This document shows, one piece after another, positions 53,601-61,699 of a stretch of DNA of 64,000 nucleotides; within the stretch, counting starts at the first letter, position 1, and each line of letters begins with the position of its first letter. The stretch covers positions 2,334 to 66,333 of the forward strand of contig CAYRXZ010000001.1 of assembly GCA_964428615.1 (NCBI GenBank), given 5' to 3'. The stretch comes from an uncultured Candidatus Saccharibacteria bacterium (GTDB lineage: Bacteria > Patescibacteriota > Minisyncoccia > UBA6257 > UBA9933). A program made the translations under genes and the position numbers. The notes under the pieces were generated by a model. The model saw only the letters and a program-made list of their open reading frames with translations, had not been told where the DNA came from and made no database searches.

Positions 53601-55487
53601 TGAAGTGTACCAATTAAAACCGCTTGCGTCGCGCTCCATTGTTTTTCTTTCGCTACTGTTTCCGGCGGGCCAATCGAGATTCGCCAAAACTTCGTCAATC
53701 AAATTGCATTGGCTATCAAAAAGCCTCAAGCCTTCGTTTGTGTTTGAAAGCGCGCCGCTATAAATTAAATCAGCTTTTATGTTTTGAACCGAATTATCAT
53801 CCGTTCTTTCAAATAAAAGAAGCTTGTTTGCTCCGATAATTTTGCTTCCATTGATGGAACCAAAATTTATTTTTATTTGTTCATCTTTATCTATTAATTG
53901 CCAATTACCAACATCTACGTTTCCGCCAGAAATATTTTTCAACTCAATCCATTCATCGCTAGCGCTGTTTAAAGTCCCCATCCAAGCAACCTCATTAATA
54001 ATGATTTTTTGACGTGAAGGGGTTTGATTAGTAATAAAAGAGCATTGTCTTACTGTCACGACCGGCGTTATTCTATTATTATCTTCGTTGTCATCAAGTT
54101 TATTTTCTAAATCTTGCTCTATATTTATCTCATCATCTTTTTCATTTTGAATAACTTCATTCTCTTGAATTTCTTGAACAATTTCTTCTTTTACTGGTTT
54201 TTGTATTAATTCTTTTTGTATTATTTTTGAATTATCGATTTTATCTTTTTCTATGGATTTAATATCGATGTTTTGATTTTTGTTTTCATTTTGATTTAAA
54301 TCTATTTGTTCCACTTGTTCAAAATTATTATCCGAGTTAAAAATACCTGTTAAAAATTTATTCGCCGAAGAAACTATTCCACTTGCCGTCGAGCCGACTT
54401 GAGCCATAAAATTTCCAACTGTTTCCACAGCATTACCGATGACCGACCTTTCTTCAGCAGTATTAAAATTCGGATCATTTTTCGCTTTTTCAACTTCTTG
54501 GAAGAATAGATTTATCACACCGGCGCCATATTGAACGGATTTTGTGGAGAGGCGGGACCAGTAGTCGGACATTACTCTCTCATCTCCTATATTAATAACA
54601 CCTTTAATGTCTATTAAAACACTTGATTGAACGGGTTGTGCCGATAATTTATAAAATCCATCATCATCTTTGCCTAATTTAAATAAAATGTCATCTATTT
54701 TTTCATAAGTAATTGATTCTGGTAATTCATAACCGCTCTGAACGCCAATTGTATCTTTGCTATAAAAATTACTATTTGAATATTTTGCCAGTTGATCAAA
54801 ATAAGAATTCAAGTCTGATAAAACAACAGGAGTTTTATTGATTAATCTGGTGCCTAAATTTTTATCAGAATTACTTAAATTAAATTGCTCTGCATACATT
54901 TCATAAGGACTACCCGTAGCGTGTGGATCATTCCTTGTGTGATCTGGGACAGCCTTGTCTTCAATTAAATGTAAAATGTGGCCAAGCGTAAACATTGCTT
55001 TTTCTTTTTCGCCTTGAACATAAAATTTAATTGCTCTTTGCCACGTAAAATCAGTTTCGCTTGTTAAAGCGCTAATCGCTCTTTGTTGAATAGCGGTTAA
55101 AACTGAAGCAATGGCGGTTGGAACTTTATAAGTTAAACTATTTTGATTATTGCTGTCTTGCGCCCAATTTTTAGATTTTTGCCAATTTCCCAAATTGTAA
55201 AGAGGGTCAATAGAGGGATCGCGAGTAAGACCCTTGTCTTTAATTGGGTCATAAAAATGATTCATCCAACGGGGAATATCATCTTCGCGCCGAGAGCCGT
55301 CTAAAAGATAAGGAACTAAATCATCAGAAATTTTATTGTTTGAGAAATTCTGATTGTAAAATTTAATAATTTCATCAGTTAAAAAAGTATGTGTTTCTAC
55401 ATTGTAAGCAAAAACATTGCTAAAATTAATAATAAAAAATCCCAATATTAAAATTGAGATTATTTTTATAAGCTTTCTATTTTCCAT
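50604..55487 (-). CDS. Giant exported surface protein: N-terminal zinc-dependent phospholipase-C-like domain, three lamin-tail domains (LTD), PKD domain, C-terminal beta-rich region
   Basis: 1627 aa; N-term TM; WMNHFYDP and HILHLIEDKAVPDHTRNDPHA (Zn-PLC-like); LTD motifs IINEVAWMGT...SDEWIELKN, ILINEVQISPTGNRFIKLYNP, IVISEILFNAQGSDEGKEFIELYNP; PKD WSFGDGG. Confidence 0.7.
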   Translation of the reverse strand: MENRKLIKIISILILGFFIINFSNVFAYNVETHTFLTDEIIKFYNQNFSNNKISDDLVPYLLDGSRREDDIPRWMNHFYDPIKDKGLTRDPSIDPLYNLGNWQKSKNWAQDSNNQNSLTYKVPTAIASVLTAIQQRAISALTSETDFTWQRAIKFYVQGEKEKAMFTLGHILHLIEDKAVPDHTRNDPHATGSPYEMYAEQFNLSNSDKNLGTRLINKTPVVLSDLNSYFDQLAKYSNSNFYSKDTIGVQSGYELPESITYEKIDDILFKLGKDDDGFYKLSAQPVQSSVLIDIKGVINIGDERVMSDYWSRLSTKSVQYGAGVINLFFQEVEKAKNDPNFNTAEERSVIGNAVETVGNFMAQVGSTASGIVSSANKFLTGIFNSDNNFEQVEQIDLNQNENKNQNIDIKSIEKDKIDNSKIIQKELIQKPVKEEIVQEIQENEVIQNEKDDEINIEQDLENKLDDNEDNNRITPVVTVRQCSFITNQTPSRQKIIINEVAWMGTLNSASDEWIELKNISGGNVDVGNWQLIDKDEQIKINFGSINGSKIIGANKLLLFERTDDNSVQNIKADLIYSGALSNTNEGLRLFDSQCNLIDEVLANLDWPAGNSSERKTMERDASGFNWYTSSVVNGTPKAENSTASAPVQTVYFGGGSVNQNQQSNVIKILINEVQISPTGNRFIKLYNPNDSAINLTNWYIQRKTKTGSSFSSLVSKTYFENKIISAKSFFLISRSDMNADIFLDSLTLTEANSIQIKNSNGDVVDKVGWGNSSDCESSCALEPTENQSIERKLQNNVFVDTDNNSNDFKIKNLQTSQSNQAPSAFFVYSPESPQAWQVVNFNAASSTDSNGQIISYEWSFGDGGTLITSSSVASHIYSRFGSYETSLVVFNNQGVSSTPVTANIPVSLAGANHIVISEILFNAQGSDEGKEFIELYNPIDNEIDLTNYSLNILTGDATSTKLLAKFGSKQEDNILIKSKGFFLIGLNNYTGSVTADIVRASSLSNSSSTVFLFNNNGGEVDSISYDSSVGENQSLERKAWINNACARSQSSGEFSGNGCDSDSDGDFDTREIPNPQNSLSLPEPRIAPTKPENFNVQYAQSRMELNFEWSESQDYLGATSTLVYKIFDISNASATLPIVESTSTTEKITINEVGRDYHFSIQAFDEDGFGSDEATSSISIPSFFSGLYFYQSPQDSEILIDAYYEQYPFIPDLFNKGNTWKIAVFYLNSDAKNDLNNPYWRPNDLTNVLELRYSQCAGGTGGDSLILPDINNCSGFPGGAVNRSFSFSQLEDNHFIIKTVKSSGELSLDENDFMTAVFYSVSSIPTFDGLNPEFQLVATDKTKYYFGIEPKRQTPIFNGEIVKNFDSVNSKLNLSWSKATDADTLDSLLVYEIKYNDESWGSAGNATGTSRFVSPGESFSISVMVKDNFNNYSILTLSTNWEYPPINFNLIQEIDDGWSNNFGQMNWNGISAANIQSITLAESLEFNKVILKVKHSQDSGASFNLKLTVFGDNGNKPDFNNLISASTISGLSGDPQNRDLVFSFSPNVVLSSGVKYWFVLENSSYTFHSYSDSLSNSWQSAVSGSDVYSGGESGQVFIKVSPFGSYIDDSVNINSAVDWYIKIGFGE

Positions 55488-56020
55488 ACGCCAGAAATCT
55501 CATTAAATTCTAAATCAATATAGGCTTTTAATTCTCCGTTTTCGCGTACAGCAAATTTAAAATCTTTATCATACGCACGAGCCTTTATATCAGGTTTTGC
55601 TTTTAATAATAAATCTGCCACTTCTTGCAACTCGCCTGCTTGTTTGGTTTTTTCTAATCCTTCTAACCATTTTGGATCAATACTCCCATCTGATCTCAAC
55701 ATAAAATATTTACTCGCCAATTCCACATCATCTTTTTTTAGAGCATCAATAAACATTTTCAACGTTTCTTCCGGTGTTTTACCTCCATAAATGTCGTTTT
55801 TCATTGCCTCCTCAAAATCTTCCCGCCAATCAAGATATTTTTCGTAATTTTCCTGATTCTGCCTATCTAATTTCGCCTGCGGGCTCAAGTATTTATCCCA
55901 AACAAAATACCCGCCCGCGAATAAAATGATTATTGCCAAAAACCCAACAACAAACTTCCAATATTTATTTTTATTCTTCGACGCATCCGGCGGATTAGAT
56001 AAAAAATTTTGCTCTTCCAT
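55466..56020 (-). CDS. Hypothetical membrane-anchored protein co-transcribed with giant surface protein
   Basis: ORF 55466..56065; probable ATG MEEQNF at 56020; one TM then soluble domain; 22-nt overlap with downstream giant gene. Confidence 0.35.
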   Translation of the reverse strand: MEEQNFLSNPPDASKNKNKYWKFVVGFLAIIILFAGGYFVWDKYLSPQAKLDRQNQENYEKYLDWREDFEEAMKNDIYGGKTPEETLKMFIDALKKDDVELASKYFMLRSDGSIDPKWLEGLEKTKQAGELQEVADLLLKAKPDIKARAYDKDFKFAVRENGELKAYIDLEFNEISGVWKIESL

Positions 56021-56121
56021 AATTTTAAAATTTTTATAAAAATAAAAGAGGGATCGCTCCCTCACTAGCTTTAATATTATTATAACAAATTTGTTTCCAT
56101 AAAAATGTGGATAACTTATTC

Positions 56122-56159
56122 TTGCTTAAAGTGCACGCTATAGCGTATACTTTAAGCAA
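56122..56159. promoter_or_regulatory. 38-bp near-perfect palindrome TTGCTTAAAGTGCACGCTATAGCGTATACTTTAAGCAA in divergent promoter region (operator candidate)
   Basis: 2 mismatches to perfect copy at 56784..56821; contains TTGCTT-18-TATACT promoter-like spacing toward 56186 gene. Confidence 0.5.
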
Positions 56160-56185
56160 GACTTATTAAGTATAAATTGTAACAA

Positions 56186-56761
56186 ATGAGAATAACAAAA
56201 CATTGGAAGATTAACAACCTGACTAAAGATACTTTGTTAAAATTAGCTCTCGGAGGAGCGTTTATTTTAGTTTCTATTTCATCTCCATATTTTTTAAATC
56301 AAGTAGCTAAAAATTATTTTAAAGAAAAAAGCAAAAAAGCTGCATATGCACGGGCTAAAAGACTAGGCGAATTGGAAAAGAAAAAAATTATTTCATTCAA
56401 AGAGTCTAGTAACAACAAAATTAAAATAGAACTCACACATAAAGGAAAATTATTAGTAAGAGAATACAATCTAGATAATTTAAAATTAAATAAACCGAAA
56501 GTGTGGGATAAAAAATGGAGAATATTTATGTATGATATTCCCGACTATCACAAAAAAGCTCGGGATGCTTTTAGATTTAAAATAAAACAGCTCGGCTTAT
56601 ACCCACTCCAAAAAAGCGTTTGGATATCACCTTATGATTGTACGCCAGAGATTGAATTTCTTTGCGCTGTTTTTGATATAGACATTAATAGCCATGTTTA
56701 TCAACTAACAACAACTCAAATTCCAAAAGAACGAGAAGTTAAAAAGTGGTTTGATTTATAG
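56186..56761 (+). CDS. PaaX-family-like wHTH transcriptional regulator, paralog 2
   Basis: 191 aa; WDKKWRIFMYDIP...LGLYPLQKSVWISP parallels WDGKWRIIMFDIP...LEYKPIQKSVFMGKSP of 41563..42153 protein and PaaX WDGKWLLLL block. Confidence 0.55.
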   Translation: MRITKHWKINNLTKDTLLKLALGGAFILVSISSPYFLNQVAKNYFKEKSKKAAYARAKRLGELEKKKIISFKESSNNKIKIELTHKGKLLVREYNLDNLKLNKPKVWDKKWRIFMYDIPDYHKKARDAFRFKIKQLGLYPLQKSVWISPYDCTPEIEFLCAVFDIDINSHVYQLTTTQIPKEREVKKWFDL

Positions 56762-56783
56762 ATATATAATAGATTTTCATATC

Positions 56784-56821
56784 TTGCTTAAGGTATACGC
56801 TATAGCGTATACCTTAAGCAA
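56784..56821. promoter_or_regulatory. 38-bp perfect palindrome TTGCTTAAGGTATACGCTATAGCGTATACCTTAAGCAA downstream of regulator paralog 2
   Basis: Exact 38-bp dyad; second copy of the operator-like element bracketing the gene. Confidence 0.5.
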
Positions 56822-56865
56822 CTTTAAAAAACTCAAATAAAGTATATTATTATTTATAATATTAA

Positions 56866-58032
56866 TTATATAATAACTCCGCCGCCGAGAAGGGCGCCTT
56901 TTTTGTTATAGAATACGGCTGATTGGCCAGGAGCGACGAACTTAACTGGTTTAATAAATAGTAAATAGTAATTAGTAATTGGGAGTTTTTTGTTTTCCCT
57001 TGTTACTTGTTGCTTATTACTTATTATTAATTCCGCTTTTTCAAGCAGCTGGCGATAGCGGACTCGTGCCATGACTAAAATTTTTGATTTTTTACCTTTT
57101 AGTTTTTCGTCCGATAAATTAACATTTATCAATTCAACTTCTTTTTTATACAATGCCGGGTTTTCATTCCCCTCGACGAGAACAAGAGTGTTTGTTTTTT
57201 TATTTTTCTCGGCAACGTAATACGGCTGTCTGTCTTTTTGAAATTTAATTCGCCGACTGGCGGAAGGAAAATTTATTTTTGCATTTATGTGCCTTTGGCC
57301 GATTGTATAAAATTGAACACCGCTGTGTTCGCCAATTATCTTTCCTTCAAAATCCAAAATTTTTCCTTTTTTCTTGGAAATATATTTTTTCAAAAAATCT
57401 TCAATTTTTATTTTCCCTAAAAAGCACACACCTTGAGAATCTTTTTTTTCGGCGGTTATCAAGCCGGCGGCTTTGGCGATTTTTCGGACTTGCGGTTTCA
57501 AATAATCACCTATCGGAAATAAACAGTGAGCTAATTGCTCCGCTGTTAAAGCCCAAAGAAAATATGATTGGTCTTTATTTTTATCTTTGGCTTGATAAAG
57601 ATTTTTTGATTTTAATTTCACATAATGTCCTGTTGCCACATAATCGGCTCCGAATTTTAAAGCGCGTTCCAAAAACAGACCGAATTTTATTTCTTTATTA
57701 CACATTATATCGGGATTTGGAGTTGAGCCTTTTTTATAACCATCTATCATATATTTAATAACTTTCTTTTTATATTGTTTACGAAAATCCCAAATGTAAA
57801 ACGGGATTTTAAGTTTTTGGGCAACCAAAGCAGCATCGCGGCTATCTTTTTTAGTACAGCCATCTTTTGAATCGTAGCAACGCATAAAAACACCAACTAC
57901 GTCATAGCCTTTCTTTTTAAGCAGTAATGCTGCGACGCTGGAGTCCACGCCACCACTCATACCGACAAAAACCCTTCTACTCCGCTCAGGGTAAACCTTT
58001 TTCTTTTTAAGCTTTTTCAACTCTTTCAACAT
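56866..58032 (-). CDS. mnmA: tRNA-specific 2-thiouridylase MnmA
   Basis: 388 aa; PP-loop VGMSGGVDSSVAALLLK, catalytic Cys region; contains heptamer-repeat-encoded segment. Confidence 0.85.
   Translation of the reverse strand: MLKELKKLKKKKVYPERSRRVFVGMSGGVDSSVAALLLKKKGYDVVGVFMRCYDSKDGCTKKDSRDAALVAQKLKIPFYIWDFRKQYKKKVIKYMIDGYKKGSTPNPDIMCNKEIKFGLFLERALKFGADYVATGHYVKLKSKNLYQAKDKNKDQSYFLWALTAEQLAHCLFPIGDYLKPQVRKIAKAAGLITAEKKDSQGVCFLGKIKIEDFLKKYISKKKGKILDFEGKIIGEHSGVQFYTIGQRHINAKINFPSASRRIKFQKDRQPYYVAEKNKKTNTLVLVEGNENPALYKKEVELINVNLSDEKLKGKKSKILVMARVRYRQLLEKAELIISNKQQVTRENKKLPITNYYLLFIKPVKFVAPGQSAVFYNKKGALLGGGVII
56955..57026. repeat. Heptamer repeat blocks (TAAATAG x4; MCTTRTT x4) inside mnmA
   Basis: taaatag taaatag taattag taattgg ... 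ccttgtt acttgtt gcttatt acttatt. Confidence 0.6.
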
Positions 58033-58576
58033 AAGAACCGGTCTCAGTATTTACGCGAATAACATCGCCTTCATTTATAAAAAGAGGAGTGTTTATTTTA
58101 ACGCCTGTTTCAATAGTAACGACTTTTGAGCCGCCCTGTGCTGTGTCGCCCTTAATTCCAGGTGGAGCTTCGATAACTTTATACTCCATTTTTACCGGCA
58201 AGTTAATATTTAAAATTTTTCCGTTAAATTTCAGTGCATCTACTTCCATATTCGCTTTCAAAAAACCTTCTTTTCCGCCAAGCAATGATACATCTATCTG
58301 AAACCTATTTTTAGGATTATTTATATCACAAAACCAAACTTCACCACGATTAGTATAAAGAAATTTTATTTGTGTTTTTTCCATTTCCGCTTCTTCTAGT
58401 TGGTCACTCGGCTGAAAAGCACGTTCAACTACAGAACCAGAAACTAAATTTTTAATCTTGGTTTTCATGACTGGTTTTCTTTGTTGCATACGCAAAAATT
58501 CCGACTCAAGCACCGCAAAGGGCTGGCCGTTCAAAACAATAAAAACTCCCGGTTTTAATTCATTATATGACAACAT
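58007..58576 (-). CDS. efp: Elongation factor P
   Basis: 189 aa; PPGIKGDTAQGGSKVVTIETGVKINTPLFINEGDVIRVNTETGSYVERV closely parallels E. coli EF-P C-terminal domains. Confidence 0.85.
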   Translation of the reverse strand: MLSYNELKPGVFIVLNGQPFAVLESEFLRMQQRKPVMKTKIKNLVSGSVVERAFQPSDQLEEAEMEKTQIKFLYTNRGEVWFCDINNPKNRFQIDVSLLGGKEGFLKANMEVDALKFNGKILNINLPVKMEYKVIEAPPGIKGDTAQGGSKVVTIETGVKINTPLFINEGDVIRVNTETGSYVERVEKA

Positions 58577-58618
58577 TATAGTATTTTATATCTAGTATTT
58601 AGTATTTTGTATAAAAAT

Positions 58619-59968
58619 TTAAAACAATTTTTTCTGAATCTCCAAATCTTTTTTCTCTTGCTCGCTGAAAATTTTTACTTTACCATATTCACCATCAAAG
58701 CCCGGCTCTACTTTTAATTTCTTTTCACGAACCGCTACTATTCCTTTTACAACTTTTTCATCGGCGATGGTTCTTAATTCTTCAACGCTTAAATCAATTA
58801 AAATTTTTAATTCCGAACCGAATGTTTTAATTAATTTAATATATTCTTCTTTGACTTTCTTTGTAGCAACCCCCATACCATAAACCTCGGCAATAATTTC
58901 GTCAAGCGGAATCAAACTATAATATGGGACCCTATTTTCATAAGTATTATAAAATTTTTCTTTTTCAAGTTTTATTTCCGGTCTATCGGCTAATTTATCA
59001 ATCCTATTCATTGTGCCAATAGTCAATTTTTTCCCGCATTTTGGGCAAATACTATTATGCTTCTTTGTTTCTTCTGGAGGAAAAACTACACCGCAAGCCC
59101 TGTGGCCATCAAAGTGATATCTGCCCTCTTCGGGAAAAAACTCTATTGTCGCTACAAACGCTGATTTATGCTGATTTGACGCTGATTTTCGCTGGTTAGG
59201 AGCGCCGCTTTTTATCGCTTTAATAATTCCATTATATGACAACTCTGTGTTAAAAATATTCGCTTCTCTGCCTATTCTTGGGGCTGAATGAGAATCGGAA
59301 TTTGATATCAAAGCGATATTGTCTAATTTTGAAAGCCGCCAATTCATAGCCGGATCGCTTGAAAGCCCGGTTTCAATGGCAAAAATGTTTTTAGTATATT
59401 CACCAAAACATTCTTCAATTGAATCAAAGCCCGACATTGAACCAAAAACGGAAAACCACGGGGTCCAAGCGTGCGCCGGAATTATTACCGCCAAAGGATT
59501 GGCGTTAAAAACTATTTTCGCCAGCTCACGGCAATCGAGCCCTAAAATCGGCCGGCCATCTGATTTTAGATTGCCTATCCAACCAAGTTGCGTATTAATT
59601 TTTTCAACAGTTTCAAAATCAGGAGCAAAAAGCAAATTGTGAACTCTATAAACTCTTTTCTGGCCCGTGGACGGAGATTGACGAGAATAAATACTCGAAA
59701 CTTCGGCGGTTAAAACAAATCTCGTTTCTGCCAAAGTTCCTTTTATAGTCGGGCGTTTGTATTGCTGTTTTAATTTAAAAAGTCCAGGCTCGGCCAACTC
59801 TAATCTTTCTTTAAGTTCGCCAAACCATTTCGGATGAGTAAAATCTCCGGTCGCCATTACCAAAATTCCTTTATCATCCGCCCAGCGGTCAAGCTCCTCT
59901 AAATCCATATTTGGAGAAGTAGCACGAGAATATTTTGAGTGAATATGTAAGTCGGCGATAAATTTCAT
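58619..59968 (-). CDS. Endonuclease Q-like PHP-domain nuclease (TIGR00375 family) with C-terminal zinc finger
   Basis: 449 aa; LHIHSKYSRATS PHP start, IPAHAWTPW, GLSSDPAM, SNSDSHSAPRIGREAN, CPKCGKKL, LIDLSVEEL, C-terminal GFDGEYGKVKI match Pyrococcus EndoQ blocks. Confidence 0.75.
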   Translation of the reverse strand: MKFIADLHIHSKYSRATSPNMDLEELDRWADDKGILVMATGDFTHPKWFGELKERLELAEPGLFKLKQQYKRPTIKGTLAETRFVLTAEVSSIYSRQSPSTGQKRVYRVHNLLFAPDFETVEKINTQLGWIGNLKSDGRPILGLDCRELAKIVFNANPLAVIIPAHAWTPWFSVFGSMSGFDSIEECFGEYTKNIFAIETGLSSDPAMNWRLSKLDNIALISNSDSHSAPRIGREANIFNTELSYNGIIKAIKSGAPNQRKSASNQHKSAFVATIEFFPEEGRYHFDGHRACGVVFPPEETKKHNSICPKCGKKLTIGTMNRIDKLADRPEIKLEKEKFYNTYENRVPYYSLIPLDEIIAEVYGMGVATKKVKEEYIKLIKTFGSELKILIDLSVEELRTIADEKVVKGIVAVREKKLKVEPGFDGEYGKVKIFSEQEKKDLEIQKKLF

Positions 59969-59976
59969 TTTGGTTG

Positions 59977-60048
59977 TGGGCGCTGGAGGGATCGAACCCC
60001 CGACCTACTCGGTGTAAACGAGTCGCTCTACCACTAAGCTAAGCGCCC
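59977..60048 (-). tRNA. tRNA-Val (anticodon TAC)
   Basis: Reverse complement GGGCGCTTAGCTTAGTGGTAGAGCGACTCGTTTACACCGAGTAGGTCGGGGGTTCGATCCCTCCAGCGCCCA; anticodon loop TTTACAC. Confidence 0.8.
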
Positions 60049-60051
60049 ATG

Positions 60052-60124
60052 TGCCCCTGAGAGGAATCGAACCCCTATTACAAGATCCGGAATCTCGCGT
60101 CCTATCCGTTAAACGACAAGGGCT
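60052..60124 (-). tRNA. tRNA-Arg (anticodon CCG)
   Basis: Reverse complement GCCCTTGTCGTTTAACGGATAGGACGCGAGATTCCGGATCTTGTAATAGGGGTTCGATTCCTCTCAGGGGCA; anticodon loop TTCCGGA. Confidence 0.8.
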
Positions 60125-61289
60125 AATATATTAATTCATAAACTAAACCACCCAGAAAAACAAGCACTAAAATATAAGCGAAAACCGGACTTAATTTTTT
60201 GAGAAAAACTCTTTCGGTTTTTCTTTTTAAAGACTTCAGCCACATCAAACAAATAATAGCTCCTTCAAAAGCAATAAACACACCACCAATTAATGAGACA
60301 AGCTCTAGAAATTTTCGCAACCCAAAAAAATAAAAAAGTATAGGCAATACAATAACCGCAATGCCGGCAAGTATTTCAGGAAATTTTAAATCGCACCTTA
60401 AAGAATTCTTTATATCTATGCCAATAATAAAATAAGAATCCCAAAGAGAAACTAAGGCAAAAATTCCAATAAACGCCAAAATAAATGGGCTTGCAACACC
60501 TATTAATCCCGAAACCGCGTCTTCAGAAACATTTCCCGAAAGCCCCAAAACTCCAAAGACGAACAAAATATAAACCAACGCCGGAATTAAAGTGCCCAGT
60601 ATAATTGACTTTCCCGCGCCCGAAACCGGCTGATTCGTTTTTTTAAAATAATTTATCACTGTTGGGATCGCTACCCTGCCGGCAAAAGAAAATAAAATTA
60701 TTCCGTATGGGAAAAAAATATTTTTAATGTCAAAAACAGGCATTGAAATAATTTTCTCCAAATCGGCGACGCCGAAGATAAAAACTAAAATTGAAACCAA
60801 AATAACGCCGGAAGTGATAAAAAGTTCCAAAAAAGACACCTTGCAGATTCCTAAAAATATCGCCATTGAACCTAAAAGCCAAAAAATAACAACATTTAAT
60901 GCTCCAAAACTACCCGGGGAAATAAGATTTAAAAAGCTTGAAGAAAGAGCGAGATAAGCGACTAATATTAAAAATAGTCCAAAGACGGAAGAAAAAACCG
61001 TCAGCCAAAAACCGAATTTGCCAAAATAAATTTTGGCGTAACCGGAAAAATAGTGTTTACTTTCGGTATTCGTCAAGATTCCGTCGGACAAATCGGTTTT
61101 GACAATAATATCAGCGTACATTAAATGAATTAAAACAAAAATAAGACTGAAAACTGCCAGATAGGCCAAGCCCGTCAATATGCCGGCTTTTTCAAAAACA
61201 AAAGGCAGGGCGAATATGCCCGCGCCGATAATCGCTCCGGCTAATAGCCACGCCGGCATAAAAAGTTTTTTATACATTTTAAACAACAA
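60123..61289 (-). CDS. Polytopic membrane transporter (putative amino-acid permease, aromatic amino acid/APC-like)
   Basis: 388 aa, ~11 TM; N-terminal AGAIIGAGIFALPFVF resembles amino-acid permease motif. Confidence 0.35.
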   Translation of the reverse strand: MLFKMYKKLFMPAWLLAGAIIGAGIFALPFVFEKAGILTGLAYLAVFSLIFVLIHLMYADIIVKTDLSDGILTNTESKHYFSGYAKIYFGKFGFWLTVFSSVFGLFLILVAYLALSSSFLNLISPGSFGALNVVIFWLLGSMAIFLGICKVSFLELFITSGVILVSILVFIFGVADLEKIISMPVFDIKNIFFPYGIILFSFAGRVAIPTVINYFKKTNQPVSGAGKSIILGTLIPALVYILFVFGVLGLSGNVSEDAVSGLIGVASPFILAFIGIFALVSLWDSYFIIGIDIKNSLRCDLKFPEILAGIAVIVLPILFYFFGLRKFLELVSLIGGVFIAFEGAIICLMWLKSLKRKTERVFLKKLSPVFAYILVLVFLGGLVYELIY

Positions 61290-61346
61290 ACTACAAGCCG
61301 CGAATTATTTCGCTTTATTTTCCGTAACTAGTAGTTTGGTGATTAA

Positions 61347-61598
61347 TTAAACTTCAAACACTTGATCGCCTTCTTTGATATGCTCGTCTACCTTCATCCC
61401 AACCTCATCGCCTTTTTTAGCGCCTTCAATACTTTTATGATCAAACTGCATCGAGCTTATTGTTTGGTTGAAATCTGTATGTATTCCTTTAAACTGAACT
61501 TCATCGCCAACTTTTACGGCTTTAAAAAATTTTACGACTGCCACGCCGATTTTACCGTAATAATGAGTAACTTCGCCTATTGGCTTTTTATCTGCCAT
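61347..61598 (-). CDS. Small beta-barrel hypothetical protein
   Basis: 83 aa; no recognised family. Confidence 0.3.
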   Translation of the reverse strand: MADKKPIGEVTHYYGKIGVAVVKFFKAVKVGDEVQFKGIHTDFNQTISSMQFDHKSIEGAKKGDEVGMKVDEHIKEGDQVFEV

Positions 61599-61699
61599 AT
61601 AATTGAATAATTCAAGCTAATTCGACCTTTCCAGGTAGCAGAAACTCGACTAATTTTTATAGTTGTTCAAATCAAAAATTTGAACAAGTCGAGTTTTCA

